NCBI GenBank assembly: GCA_963635715.1 | Contig: CAVHFS010000001.1 | Location: forward strand, 46,452-110,451 | Length of the DNA: 64,000 nt | Origin: Subdoligranulum sp. CAG:314 | Lineage (GTDB): Bacteria > Actinomycetota > Coriobacteriia > Coriobacteriales > Eggerthellaceae | Reading direction: 5' to 3' | In this document: one piece after another, positions 36,330-45,638 of the stretch | Layout: the number at the start of each line of letters is the position of its first letter | Numbering within the stretch: the first letter of the stretch is position 1 | Notes under the pieces: generated by a model | The model's input: the letters and a program-made list of their open reading frames with translations, nothing else | Database searches by the model: none | What the model was told of the DNA's origin: nothing | Made by a program: the position numbers and the translations under genes

Positions 36330-38747
36330 TTAGCGAGCCTCCAGGCCCATCTGCAGCATATAGACTTCCTCGCGAAGCTCGCGGGCATCGGCGTTGGTCA
36401 GGCGCCCCTGTTCGCGCATGAGCTGAATCTGCTCAAGCTCAAGCGAAAGCGCCTCGGCTTCGATGTCGCGCGTCTTGATTTTCACGCGGCGCGACCCCAA
36501 AAACGTTCCACGAACCTTGCGACCCGTGTGCGTCTCCTCGCCCGCCAGCGCCGCCGATGCGGTCGCCGCAGCATCGAGCACTGTGTTCGCCGCCGAATCT
36601 ATCTTTTCCGCCAAGCCGGCGTCTTCCGCGGGAGCCTCGCTCGTGAAGTTGATAGCGCCCGTCTGCGTCGGTGTGGAAATGACCTTGTCAAGCTGTGCTT
36701 CGCGTTTGCGAGCAGCCGCCAAGATCCTCTTGCTCTCGGGGGCAACCTCGGGAATCTTCGCATCGGAATTGGCAGCCAAGTCGGCAACTTCCCGCGCTTC
36801 GGCGGCGGCCTGCGCCTCCATACGAGCAACGCGCAGGCGAAGCGCCATCAGATTCGCGCCGTACTCGCTTTTCAGCAGGCCTGCGGCATGCCGCTCTTCC
36901 AGCGTGAAGCGGGAATCGGACTCCTCAAGGTAGCGCAGCGCGCGCTCTTCCGATTTCAGAATAACATCCATCATTTCCCGCTTGCTCTTATCGCTCATGC
37001 GGTCGCCGCGAATCTTGTCGATGATGTAGCGAATCATCCACGTGAGAGGAGCTTTCTTCCTCAGCTCGGGACGCACGGCGGCGGCGCCCGGGGTAAAGCC
37101 CGCGCCCGCGATGGCGGGAGCCCCCGCAGCGATGGCGGTGGCTGCGTCGGTTGGTCGGTCGGTGCCCTTGCGCACTTTCAGCACCGAAATCATATGGCTC
37201 AGATTGCGTACGTAGCGATCGCCCACCTGACGACTTATCTCGCCCTGCTTTATTTGCTCGCGAATGAACGAAAGCTGTTCGTTCATCACATCGATACGCA
37301 AATCACGCAGCGTATCGTTTGAGACCTCGCGCTCGCGAACGAGATTGATGCGCTCACGATACGCCTGCACGGCAACTCCTGTGGCGACGGCCGTTTCGGG
37401 AGTCTCTTTGGCAAGAAGCTCCTCAATCACATTCTGCAGAATCTCAATCTCGATTTTGGCGCGGGCCGACGGGGTCTTTTCCTCCTCGTCGCCCGAAGCA
37501 AGCAGCGGAACCACATAATTCGCGAGAACCAACGTGAGGACGATAACGCCCGAAGCGAGGAAAATGAGCAGGTCGCGGTTCGGAAATGCCGCGCCCGTCG
37601 ATGTGTAATACGGAAGCGAGAGCACGATTGCCAACGTGACCGCACCCTTGGGGCCGGAAAGCGTGGTGACCGCCGCATCGCGAAGCGACTCGCGCGTGAT
37701 TTTCGCGAACGTGCCATCGCTCGTTCGCGAAAGCTTCTGCATGGCCACGATCCAAACGAAGCGAACCCCCAGGACAATGACCGTGAGCAGCAGGATGAGC
37801 AGGATGAGCATGACGCTTCGCGCATCGCCCGAGGCATTCCACGTGGGAAGGATAATCTGAGGAAGCTTCATTCCGAGCAGCACGAACACAACGCCATTGA
37901 TGACAAAGCTCAGAAGCTCCCAAATATTGTTGCTCGCGACGGCGTAGCGCGAAGCCTGAATCGTGAGCTTGCTTGGATAGAACTTCATGAAAAGGCCCGA
38001 CGCGACAACCGCCAAGATGCCCGAAAGCCCCATGCGGTCGGCCGCGAGATACGCGACGAAGGGCATGCAGATTTCGAAGAGCAAATACACGGTGGGCGTT
38101 TCAAGGCCCAGAGCGCGAACGCGACCCAGCACATACATGAGAACGGCGCCGAGCGCCAAGCCAAGCGCGATGCTTCCAAAAAGCTCGACGAGGAACGAAA
38201 TCGATGCATCTGCCAGCGAAAACGCCCCCGTGACCGCAGCCGCGATGGCGAATTCGAACGCGACGACGCCCGATGCGTCGTTGAAGAGGGCCTCGCCAGA
38301 AAGCAGCGCCTTCTGCTTACGGGAAAGCGTGAGGTCTTTGCCCAAGGCGGCAACCGCCGCCGCGTCGGTTGGACCAAGAGCCGCACCGAGCGCGAACGCA
38401 GTGGCCAAAGGAATCGACGGAGCGAACCAATTCAGACAGAAGCCCACCACAAGCGTGGTGATAAACACAAGGCCGAAGGCAAGCGACATAATGGCCACCT
38501 TGTTCGTCCATAAGGCGCTTTTGTCGGCGTGCCGGCTTTCGTCGAAAAGCAGCGGAGCTATGAAGAGCAGCAAGAAGAATTCAGGTTCGGAGAAAATCGC
38601 TGTGGGGTCGGCGGAAATCAGGAAGCCCACAACCGCGCCAAGCGCGATCTGCACAAGGGGCAACGACACGCGGCTGAAAAGCTGATCGAAAACGCTCGAT
38701 GCAAGCACGCATCCCAACAACAGCAAGATAATCTCAAACGACTCCAC
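36330..38747 (-). CDS. CPA1-family Na+/H+ antiporter with a long cytoplasmic C-terminal domain
   Basis: N-terminal half is polytopic, with FNDASGVVAFEFA and ALGPTDAAAV blocks. The C-terminal 380 or so aa are hydrophilic and helical. Confidence 0.8.
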   Translation of the reverse strand: MESFEIILLLLGCVLASSVFDQLFSRVSLPLVQIALGAVVGFLISADPTAIFSEPEFFLLLFIAPLLFDESRHADKSALWTNKVAIMSLAFGLVFITTLVVGFCLNWFAPSIPLATAFALGAALGPTDAAAVAALGKDLTLSRKQKALLSGEALFNDASGVVAFEFAIAAAVTGAFSLADASISFLVELFGSIALGLALGAVLMYVLGRVRALGLETPTVYLLFEICMPFVAYLAADRMGLSGILAVVASGLFMKFYPSKLTIQASRYAVASNNIWELLSFVINGVVFVLLGMKLPQIILPTWNASGDARSVMLILLILLLTVIVLGVRFVWIVAMQKLSRTSDGTFAKITRESLRDAAVTTLSGPKGAVTLAIVLSLPYYTSTGAAFPNRDLLIFLASGVIVLTLVLANYVVPLLASGDEEEKTPSARAKIEIEILQNVIEELLAKETPETAVATGVAVQAYRERINLVREREVSNDTLRDLRIDVMNEQLSFIREQIKQGEISRQVGDRYVRNLSHMISVLKVRKGTDRPTDAATAIAAGAPAIAGAGFTPGAAAVRPELRKKAPLTWMIRYIIDKIRGDRMSDKSKREMMDVILKSEERALRYLEESDSRFTLEERHAAGLLKSEYGANLMALRLRVARMEAQAAAEAREVADLAANSDAKIPEVAPESKRILAAARKREAQLDKVISTPTQTGAINFTSEAPAEDAGLAEKIDSAANTVLDAAATASAALAGEETHTGRKVRGTFLGSRRVKIKTRDIEAEALSLELEQIQLMREQGRLTNADARELREEVYMLQMGLEAR

Positions 38748-38999
38748 AGAGCCCCCTTATCACGAACGCGACAAACGCCGCGCATGAACATTCCTGCCAT
38801 TACTTATAACAAAAAATCCTCGCCGCAACGACGAAAGGCCCGCCCCGTTAAATAAATGTTTTCGCAGACCACGAAAAGCCCGCAGCCCTGAAGGTTGCCT
38901 GAAAAAAGAAAGCGACCCCGCCTTCAGAATGGTCAAATCCAAACCGAAGACGGGGCCGCACAACCACAAGTAAGGACAAGCCCGACGAGGCGCACGAAC

Positions 39000-40937
39000 C
39001 TATTTCATGAGACTCGCGATTTCGTTCGCAAAGGCGACCGGGTCTTCAAGCGGCATGCCTTCAACGAGCAACGCCTGGTTGTAGAGCAGGCTCGCGTAGG
39101 TCTTCACCTTGTCGGCATCGCCCGCTTCCTGGGCGGCCTTCAGCGTGGCGAACACCGGATGCGCGGCGTTTATCTCGAGCACGCGCTCGCTCTTGGGGGC
39201 TTCGCCGCCCATATCGGGCATCTGCGAAAGGATTTTTTCCATCTCGAGCGACATCGATCCTTCGGCCGTAAGGCACGCGGGAGCGGCATCGGCGCTGGTG
39301 AGCTTCGTAGAAACCGCCACCTTCGAAACCGATTCGCCAAGCGCCTCTTTCATGGCGCCGAACAGGTCTTCGCTTTGCTTCGCGGCGTCTTCGGCGGCCT
39401 TCTTCTCGTCTTCGCTCGCGAGGTCCAAATCGCCCGACGCGACATTCTTGAGTTCCTTGGCGGCCTCGCCTTCGCCCCAGCCCATCATGGATTGAAGCGT
39501 GAACTCATCAACGTCTTGCGTGCACAGCAGTACGTCATAGCCGCGATCGAGGACCGATTTCACCACGGGCAGCTTGGAAAGGCGGTCGGTCGTCTCGCCC
39601 GTGCCAGCGGCATAATAGATGGCCTTCTGGTCGGTCGGCATGGCGGCGGCGTATTCCTCGAACGTCACCATCTTGTTCTGCTTGGCCGAATAGAACAGCA
39701 GCAAATCGGCCAGCAGGCTCTTCTGCATGCCGTAGCTTTGGTAGATGCCGAACTTCAACCCACGGCCGAACTGCTCGAAGAACTTCTCATAATCCTCGCG
39801 ATGGTTGTCGCGCATCTTCTCGAGCTCGCTCTTAATCTTCTTCTCGAGCTTGTTGGCGATGGCGCGAAGCTGGCTGTTGTGCTGCAGCGTTTCGCGCGAG
39901 ATGTTCAGCTGCAAATCGGCCGAGTCCACCACGCCGCGCACGAAGTTGAAGCAGTCGGGCAGAAGCTCTTCGCACTTATCCATGATGAGCACGTTGGAGC
40001 TGTAGAGCGCCAGACCCTTCTTGTAGTCTTTGCTGTACAGGTCGAAGGGTGCGCGGCTGGGAATGAACAGCAGCGCATCGTAGGTGATGGCGCCCTCCGC
40101 GTGAACCTTGATGGTGCGCGCGGGGTCGGTGTAGTCGTGGAAGTTCGACTTATAGAACTCGTTGTATTCCTCTTCGGTCACGTCGGATTTGCCGCGCTTC
40201 CAAATGGGAACCATCGAATTGATGGTCGCGCGCTCGGTGTAGTGCTCGTATTCCGGCTTGTAGTCGTCGCCCGCATCTTCCGGCTTTGGCTTTTCGCGCG
40301 TCTTGTCGCAATCCATGGTGATGGGGTAGCGCACGTAATTGCTGTATTTCTTGATAAGGTTCTTCAGGCCCCACTCAGACAGGTAGGTGTCGTATTTCTC
40401 TTCGTCGGTGTCGTCTTTGAGCACGAGCACGATGTCGGTGCCGTTCGCGTCGCGCTCCGCCGCAGAAACCGTGTAGCCCTCAACGCCGTCGCTTTTCCAC
40501 TCCCAAGCCTCTTCGCTACCGAAGGCGCGGCTCACGACGCGCACCTCCTTGGCCACCATGAAGGCCGAATAGAAGCCCACGCCGAACTGGCCGATGATGT
40601 CCACGTCGTCGCCTTGGGCCTTGTCGTTTTCGGTTTTGAACTCAAGGGAGCCGGAATGCGCAATGGTGCCGAGGTTTTTCTCGAGCTCGTCTTTGGTCAT
40701 GCCGATGCCCGAATCGCTTACCGTAACAGTGCGGGCGTCTTTATCGAAGGAAACGTGAATGGCCAGCTCATCTTTGGAAAGCTTCACGTCGGAATCGGTG
40801 AGGCTCTTGAAATAGAGTTTGTCCACCGCGTCGGAGGCGTTGGAGATGAGCTCGCGCAGGAAAATCTCTTTGTTCGTGTAAATCGAGTTGATCATAAGGT
40901 CGAGCAGTTTTTTGCTCTCTGTCTTGAACTTCTTCAT
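39000..40937 (-). CDS. htpG: molecular chaperone HtpG (Hsp90)
   Basis: IFLRELISNASDAVDKLYF, IGQFGVGFYSAFMVA. 645 aa. Confidence 0.95.
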   Translation of the reverse strand: MKKFKTESKKLLDLMINSIYTNKEIFLRELISNASDAVDKLYFKSLTDSDVKLSKDELAIHVSFDKDARTVTVSDSGIGMTKDELEKNLGTIAHSGSLEFKTENDKAQGDDVDIIGQFGVGFYSAFMVAKEVRVVSRAFGSEEAWEWKSDGVEGYTVSAAERDANGTDIVLVLKDDTDEEKYDTYLSEWGLKNLIKKYSNYVRYPITMDCDKTREKPKPEDAGDDYKPEYEHYTERATINSMVPIWKRGKSDVTEEEYNEFYKSNFHDYTDPARTIKVHAEGAITYDALLFIPSRAPFDLYSKDYKKGLALYSSNVLIMDKCEELLPDCFNFVRGVVDSADLQLNISRETLQHNSQLRAIANKLEKKIKSELEKMRDNHREDYEKFFEQFGRGLKFGIYQSYGMQKSLLADLLLFYSAKQNKMVTFEEYAAAMPTDQKAIYYAAGTGETTDRLSKLPVVKSVLDRGYDVLLCTQDVDEFTLQSMMGWGEGEAAKELKNVASGDLDLASEDEKKAAEDAAKQSEDLFGAMKEALGESVSKVAVSTKLTSADAAPACLTAEGSMSLEMEKILSQMPDMGGEAPKSERVLEINAAHPVFATLKAAQEAGDADKVKTYASLLYNQALLVEGMPLEDPVAFANEIASLMK

Positions 40938-41053
40938 GTTCGCATGGCCTTTCTATTCCGCATGCCGTCGAACGGCTTGTACCCCACGAGTCGCTGCATC
41001 GAGCCTGGCACCGCAAGCAGGCGGCCCGCGTTCGCACTCGATGGCGACGATTG

Positions 41054-41080
41054 TTAGCACTCAATATGCCAGAGTGCCAA
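41054..41080. promoter_or_regulatory. CIRCE (HrcA operator) element
   Basis: TTAGCACTC-AATATGCCA-GAGTGCCAA versus the consensus TTAGCACTC-N9-GAGTGCTAA, one mismatch. 117-143 nt upstream of the htpG ATG. Confidence 0.75.
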
Positions 41081-41086
41081 AAAAGG

Positions 41087-41114
41087 ATTGTAGTCTGCAG
41101 CCCGCAAGTGTCAA
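41087..41114 (-). promoter_or_regulatory. near-consensus sigma-70 promoter of htpG
   Basis: Minus strand TTGACA (41109-41114), 16 nt, TACAAT (41087-41092). CIRCE begins about 7 nt downstream of the -10. Confidence 0.65.
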
Positions 41115-41343
41115 GCAAGCCAACAGCGGCGGAACGCTATGTTGATGCTTTGTTACGCAAGCGATAATCGCACGCCGAAAACCAGCGTCGCGACCATTTG
41201 CCTCGTAGGCCATAGGGGGTAAACGGAAGAAAAAACCGCTATCTATTCCGCATTTTCCAAAAATAATGATTTTCGCGAACTATTTACCGTCATATAATTC
41301 GCGTTATTGATTTTTATTTCAATTTGCGGAGTAGGAATTGTCC

Positions 41344-42555
41344 ATGAAGCTCATAAACCGATCAACCTATATGAACAAACTCGCAAGCGCGATGAACACA
41401 CCCGACATTAAAGTGATCACCGGCATCAGGCGCTGCGGCAAATCGAAGCTGCTCGAAGCGTTCGCCGACCACATACGCAAGTCCAACCCAACGGCGAACA
41501 TCATACGCATCAATTTCAACCTACTCGAATTCGAGCCGCTCATGGAGTACCGCGCGTTGCACAGCTATATCGAAGGGCATTTCGTCGAGGGCTGCGACAA
41601 CGTAATCATAATTGACGAAGTGCAAATGTGCGAAGGCTTCGAGAAAGCAATCAACAGCCTGCACGCGTCGGAGAAATACGATATCTATGTAACTGGCTCG
41701 AACGCCTTCTTGCTTTCGAACGACCTGTCGACCCTGTTCACGGGCAGAACCTTCGAAGTGGAGGTGTTTCCGTTCTCGCTCGCCGAATTCGCGCAATACC
41801 ACGAAATCTCATCGCCCGACGAGGCCTTGGATCGTTACCTGCGGGAGGGCGGAATGCCAGGTTCCTACTTATATCCCGACGAGGGGGCTCGATACGCTTA
41901 CATCTCTGACGTGCTTAGCACGCTCATCCTGCGCGACGTCAAACAGAAATACCGCATACGCAACGTCGAACAGCTCAAAAGAGCGTGCGAGTTCCTCATG
42001 GACAATATCGGCAACATCTCCTCGCTGAAGAACATGGCAGCAACGCTCTCTCAGGCAGGCCTGAGCATCAGCGATAAGACCTTGGCGGCATACATCGACC
42101 ATCTCTGCAACGCATTCGCCTTCTACCAAGTGCGCCGATACGACGTCGCAGGGAAGAAATATCTCTCAACGGGAGACAAATATTACCTGGCCGACCACTC
42201 ATTCCGCTATGCGCAGCTCGGTACCCGCAAGCTCGACTTCGGGCACGTCTACGAAAACATGGTGGCCATCGAGCTCCTGCGGCGCGGGTGGGAGGTATAC
42301 GTTGGCACCCTCTACCAGAAGGAAGTCGACTTCGTTGCCGTCAGGCGGGAACGACGCGTCTATATCCAGGTGAGCGACGACATCTCGCAAGAGGCCACCT
42401 TCGAACGCGAGATTGCACCCCTGCGAAAAATCCGCGACGCATACCCCAAGGCAATCATCGCAAAAACCGGCCACGAAACAACCGACTGGGACGGCATCAA
42501 GGTCATTGACCTGGGACGCTGGCTCATGGGGCAGACTAATGAGATAAGCGATTAA
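41344..42555 (+). CDS. ATP-binding protein, AAA_14 ATPase plus DUF4143
   Basis: Walker A GIRRCGKSKL, Walker B VIIIDEVQ, C-terminal EVDFVAVRRERRVYIQVSD. Paralog of the 7918-9135 gene. Confidence 0.85.
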   Translation: MKLINRSTYMNKLASAMNTPDIKVITGIRRCGKSKLLEAFADHIRKSNPTANIIRINFNLLEFEPLMEYRALHSYIEGHFVEGCDNVIIIDEVQMCEGFEKAINSLHASEKYDIYVTGSNAFLLSNDLSTLFTGRTFEVEVFPFSLAEFAQYHEISSPDEALDRYLREGGMPGSYLYPDEGARYAYISDVLSTLILRDVKQKYRIRNVEQLKRACEFLMDNIGNISSLKNMAATLSQAGLSISDKTLAAYIDHLCNAFAFYQVRRYDVAGKKYLSTGDKYYLADHSFRYAQLGTRKLDFGHVYENMVAIELLRRGWEVYVGTLYQKEVDFVAVRRERRVYIQVSDDISQEATFEREIAPLRKIRDAYPKAIIAKTGHETTDWDGIKVIDLGRWLMGQTNEISD

Positions 42556-42575
42556 GACCGCCCGCGCTTCGCGGC

Positions 42576-43355
42576 CTAATGCTCGCGGTTGCTTTTCTCA
42601 CGCCGCATTTCTTCATACATATCGAGCAGAATGCTTTGCGGAACGTCGCCATCGAAGTAGTCGTCATCGTCTATCATACGCGCGCCTTCGATCTCGATAT
42701 CGACGATGTCGTAGACCGCATGCGCGATGGCAACCACCAGGTAGCTGCCCGTCACCAGAAACGCCACGCCAAGCATAAGCGATACGCCCAGCGTAACGGC
42801 AACCGTGTACGGGTCGCGATAGCCCTCGTGGGCAAGCCAGAACAGCGCTGTAGACGCGACAAGCGCCACGATTGTGGCGGTCGAGCTCGGGACGAAAAGC
42901 GAAAGCACGCCCGTCAGGCCGCCCAACAGCACAAAGCGAAACAGCAGCTCTTCGGCGAAGCCCGCAGCGAACATGCCCGCGAACAGCGAATATGAGCCAA
43001 TACGGGGTATTTCGCCGTTGATGCCCTGGCGATTCCAAACGATGACGGCCCTGCCGGCCCTACTGAGGCTCGCCACGAATTCGGCCGCGCGCGCGAACGC
43101 GAGCATCGCAACCACGACGACGATCGTCGCAATGGCGGTGTCGGCGGCTGAAAGCGCCACGCACGAAGACGCGATGCTGCGCGCCCAGCCGAAGCCGACG
43201 GTGGCGTCGGCCCAATCGCCCGTCGTAGCGCCGCACGCAATGACGGAGCCGACGACCCCGACGACGAGCAGCAGGCTTTCGCTCATGAAAATATTCGACA
43301 GAAGAAGGTCTTCCTCATCAAGGTTGAGCGGGTATTTTTCTCCAGGAAACGCCAT
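42576..43355 (-). CDS. CPBP-family intramembrane glutamic endopeptidase (Abi/CAAX protease-like)
   Basis: EELLFRFVLLG (EExxxR), FWLAHEGY and HAVYD motifs. The start at 43355 is 2 nt after the mutT stop. Confidence 0.75.
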   Translation of the reverse strand: MAFPGEKYPLNLDEEDLLLSNIFMSESLLLVVGVVGSVIACGATTGDWADATVGFGWARSIASSCVALSAADTAIATIVVVVAMLAFARAAEFVASLSRAGRAVIVWNRQGINGEIPRIGSYSLFAGMFAAGFAEELLFRFVLLGGLTGVLSLFVPSSTATIVALVASTALFWLAHEGYRDPYTVAVTLGVSLMLGVAFLVTGSYLVVAIAHAVYDIVDIEIEGARMIDDDDYFDGDVPQSILLDMYEEMRREKSNREH

Positions 43356-43356
43356 G

Positions 43357-43752
43357 CTATGCCAGCAGGCCCTTTTCCTGCATGGCCTGTAAGACCTCGA
43401 TATCGGCACCGAGCCACTTCACGCTGAGCACGTCTACGGCGCCGAGCCATTTGGCATCGGAATGCTCGAGCAAGCGCAAATCGCCCTCGACGACCGAGCA
43501 CAGGTAGCAATCCATGCTCAAATGAAAGTCCGGGTAGTCGTATTCAACGTGGCACAGAAACGAATCGGGCGAAACCGTTGTGTCGAGCTCCTCGTGAATC
43601 TCGCGCACAAGCGCCTCTTCGGGAGTCTCACCAGGCTCGATTTTGCCGCCGGGGAATTCCCACCAGCCAGCATATTCCCCATATCCGCGCTGAGTCGCGA
43701 ACAGTTTCCCATCAACGATAATAATGGCCGCCGCCACCTTGATTGTTTTCAT
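43357..43752 (-). CDS. mutT: MutT-type NUDIX hydrolase ((d)NTP pyrophosphohydrolase)
   Basis: MKTIKVAAAIIIVDGKLFATQRG...WEFPGGKIEPGETPEEALVREIHEELD, a canonical MutT Nudix box. Confidence 0.8.
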   Translation of the reverse strand: MKTIKVAAAIIIVDGKLFATQRGYGEYAGWWEFPGGKIEPGETPEEALVREIHEELDTTVSPDSFLCHVEYDYPDFHLSMDCYLCSVVEGDLRLLEHSDAKWLGAVDVLSVKWLGADIEVLQAMQEKGLLA

Positions 43753-43835
43753 AAAAAGCCGCCTACTCCGACAAAATTTAGACAACACATCTTCCCACAC
43801 GATATGACCAGTAGAAATTGTGGCATGATTTCTTC

Positions 43836-44894
43836 ATGGCCTTATTCGACACCGACATACCAACGGCAATTGACTACGCCCTCATTTCGGCGCCCGTTCG
43901 CGTCGATGACGAATTGCCCGATACCGACCTCACGGTTTCTCGAGCGCTAAGCAAAATTCCCAGCGGCGACAGAGAAAACTACCGCGCACTTTACCGATGG
44001 TTCGAGGAAAACTCGGGCACCGTTGGCTCACGCTTTCTGGGGCAGCGACTGCCCGGCGTTGGCTTTCCTCATTCAGCGCAACGAGGAATACATACTCCTT
44101 CGAAAAGAAAATACGCCGCAACTGTAACGCTCACGAAGAACAGCTCCTATGTCGACGGGGCTTTCGCCGACCTCGGCGATGGAACGTGGGTGCTTCACTA
44201 TTGCGAGCATCGCAATAACGCAAACGGAGCAAAAGTCTCCACGTGGAACCAGCCGCTCATCAATTGCCTCATTGACGGGGTTCCTGTTGGCGTATTCATG
44301 CAAGAAGGGAACTCGTCTCAAAGCTACCTACGCGCCCTCGCCTTCGTCGAGGAATATGACCCAGATTCCGGCGTTTTCATTCTTCACGGACCAGTCTCTC
44401 CCGAAACCGAGCACATCTTCAAAGCGCACGAATCTTCTCAGGCGCCAACGGAGCAAGACGAGCTTCCCTCCGTCGATGAAATCCGAAAAGACACTCGGCA
44501 AACAATACTGAGAACGAACATCGTTCGGAAGGGACAACGGCGCTTTCGTTCAGACCTACTCCAGGCATACGACGGGCAATGCGCCATAACGGGATATGAC
44601 GTCAACCCCGTCTTACAAGCGGCTCACATTCTCGAATACCGAGGAACGCCTTCAAACAACGTCAAAAACGGCATCGTCCTTCGCGCCGACATCCATATCC
44701 TGTTCGACCGCGCCCTCCTCGGAATCGACCCGTCGGACTTCAAGGTCGTCCTATCGAAGAGCATCGCTGATTCCCGATACGAAGACATCAACGGCAAAAG
44801 TATCCAACTACCCAAGGATAAGAACCTTTGGCCAAGCGAAGATTATGTCGCCGCCAGTTTCGCTCGATTCCGGCAGATTCAATCGTCTCTTTAG
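43836..44894 (+). CDS. HNH (HNH_2 type) endonuclease with an N-terminal SRA/PUA-like reader-type domain; candidate modification-dependent (type IV) restriction enzyme
   Basis: C-terminus CAITGYDVNPVLQAAHILEYRGTPSNNVKNGIVLRADIHILFDRALLGID is the PF13391-style HNH. The N-terminal RGIHTP...YVDGAFADLGDGTWVLHYCEH...GVPVGVFM pattern resembles the SRA/ScoMcrA-type fold; this rests on pattern recall, not a search. Confidence 0.7.
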   Translation: MALFDTDIPTAIDYALISAPVRVDDELPDTDLTVSRALSKIPSGDRENYRALYRWFEENSGTVGSRFLGQRLPGVGFPHSAQRGIHTPSKRKYAATVTLTKNSSYVDGAFADLGDGTWVLHYCEHRNNANGAKVSTWNQPLINCLIDGVPVGVFMQEGNSSQSYLRALAFVEEYDPDSGVFILHGPVSPETEHIFKAHESSQAPTEQDELPSVDEIRKDTRQTILRTNIVRKGQRRFRSDLLQAYDGQCAITGYDVNPVLQAAHILEYRGTPSNNVKNGIVLRADIHILFDRALLGIDPSDFKVVLSKSIADSRYEDINGKSIQLPKDKNLWPSEDYVAASFARFRQIQSSL

Positions 44895-44958
44895 CGATCG
44901 CCGCGTAACGGCCTGAAAAATCGAGAGCTCCTGGCCTTTCTCGAAGATCAGACCGCCG

Positions 44959-45336
44959 CTAATCCCATAGATCGCTGGGGACAATCTCTAGCCAGTAGCC
45001 GTCGGGGTCTTCGATGAAGTAGATGCCGAAGCGCGGGTTCACGAAGCATACGCAACCCATTTCGTCGTGCAGCTTGCGCGCAGCCGCTATATCCTCAACG
45101 GCAAACGCCAAATGGGTGTCGCGCCCGCCGTCGCTGCACGGCTCAATGCGCCCGTTTTCCCACGTGAGCTCGAGTTCGAAATCTGTCGTGTCGTTGCCGA
45201 CGTACACGTTTTTCCGCGAGCCGTCTTCTGACCATATCTCGCGAATCATATCGAGCCCAAGCGCCTGCTTGTAAAACGCAAGCGACCTATCCAAATCCAA
45301 CACGCGAATACAACGGTGAACCATTTTGGCATTCAT
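44959..45336 (-). CDS. VOC-family protein (glyoxalase I-like)
   Basis: 125 aa. HRCIRVLDLDRSLAFYKQALGL...THLAFAVEDI...GYWLEIV. Confidence 0.8.
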   Translation of the reverse strand: MNAKMVHRCIRVLDLDRSLAFYKQALGLDMIREIWSEDGSRKNVYVGNDTTDFELELTWENGRIEPCSDGGRDTHLAFAVEDIAAARKLHDEMGCVCFVNPRFGIYFIEDPDGYWLEIVPSDLWD

Positions 45337-45447
45337 GGCGAATCCCCTTTCTTCGCAATCGTTGGATTCGTAGTCTACGGCACCTCGAACAATGCCCCAC
45401 GCGCAATGGACAACTCATCTGCCAACGGCTGGTTCAGCCAAAGCGCG

Positions 45448-45594
45448 TTTTACTTGCTCGTCATTTGCTTTTTTTGGGCCGAAAAGCGGCTATTTTTGGG
45501 CGCTTTCGCGCATCGCACACGTTTGACCTGGGTTTTCGTAAATCGGCTTTACTTGCTTCTTACTTGCTCGTCATTTGCTTCTTACTTGCTTTTT
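45448..45594. repeat. direct repeat DR1 (about 147 bp) with an internal 11-bp periodic A(C/T)TTGCT motif
   Basis: Aligns over its whole length with 47116-47260; I count about ten differences by eye. It contains TTACTTGCTCGTCATTTGCTT twice. Confidence 0.9.
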
Positions 45595-45615
45595 CACGCT
45601 CGAACCCACTACAAT
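45586..45615 (+). promoter_or_regulatory. candidate promoter of the AlbA_2 gene at 45639
   Basis: TTGCTT (the last 11-bp unit of DR1), 18 nt, TACAAT (45610-45615), then AAGGAGG 7 nt before the ATG. Confidence 0.5.
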
Positions 45616-45638
45616 CGCTTCGAACAAGGAGGTTTCCC

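Noticed and set aside
38895-41057. 720-aa plus-strand ORF
   Set aside because: Antisense to htpG.
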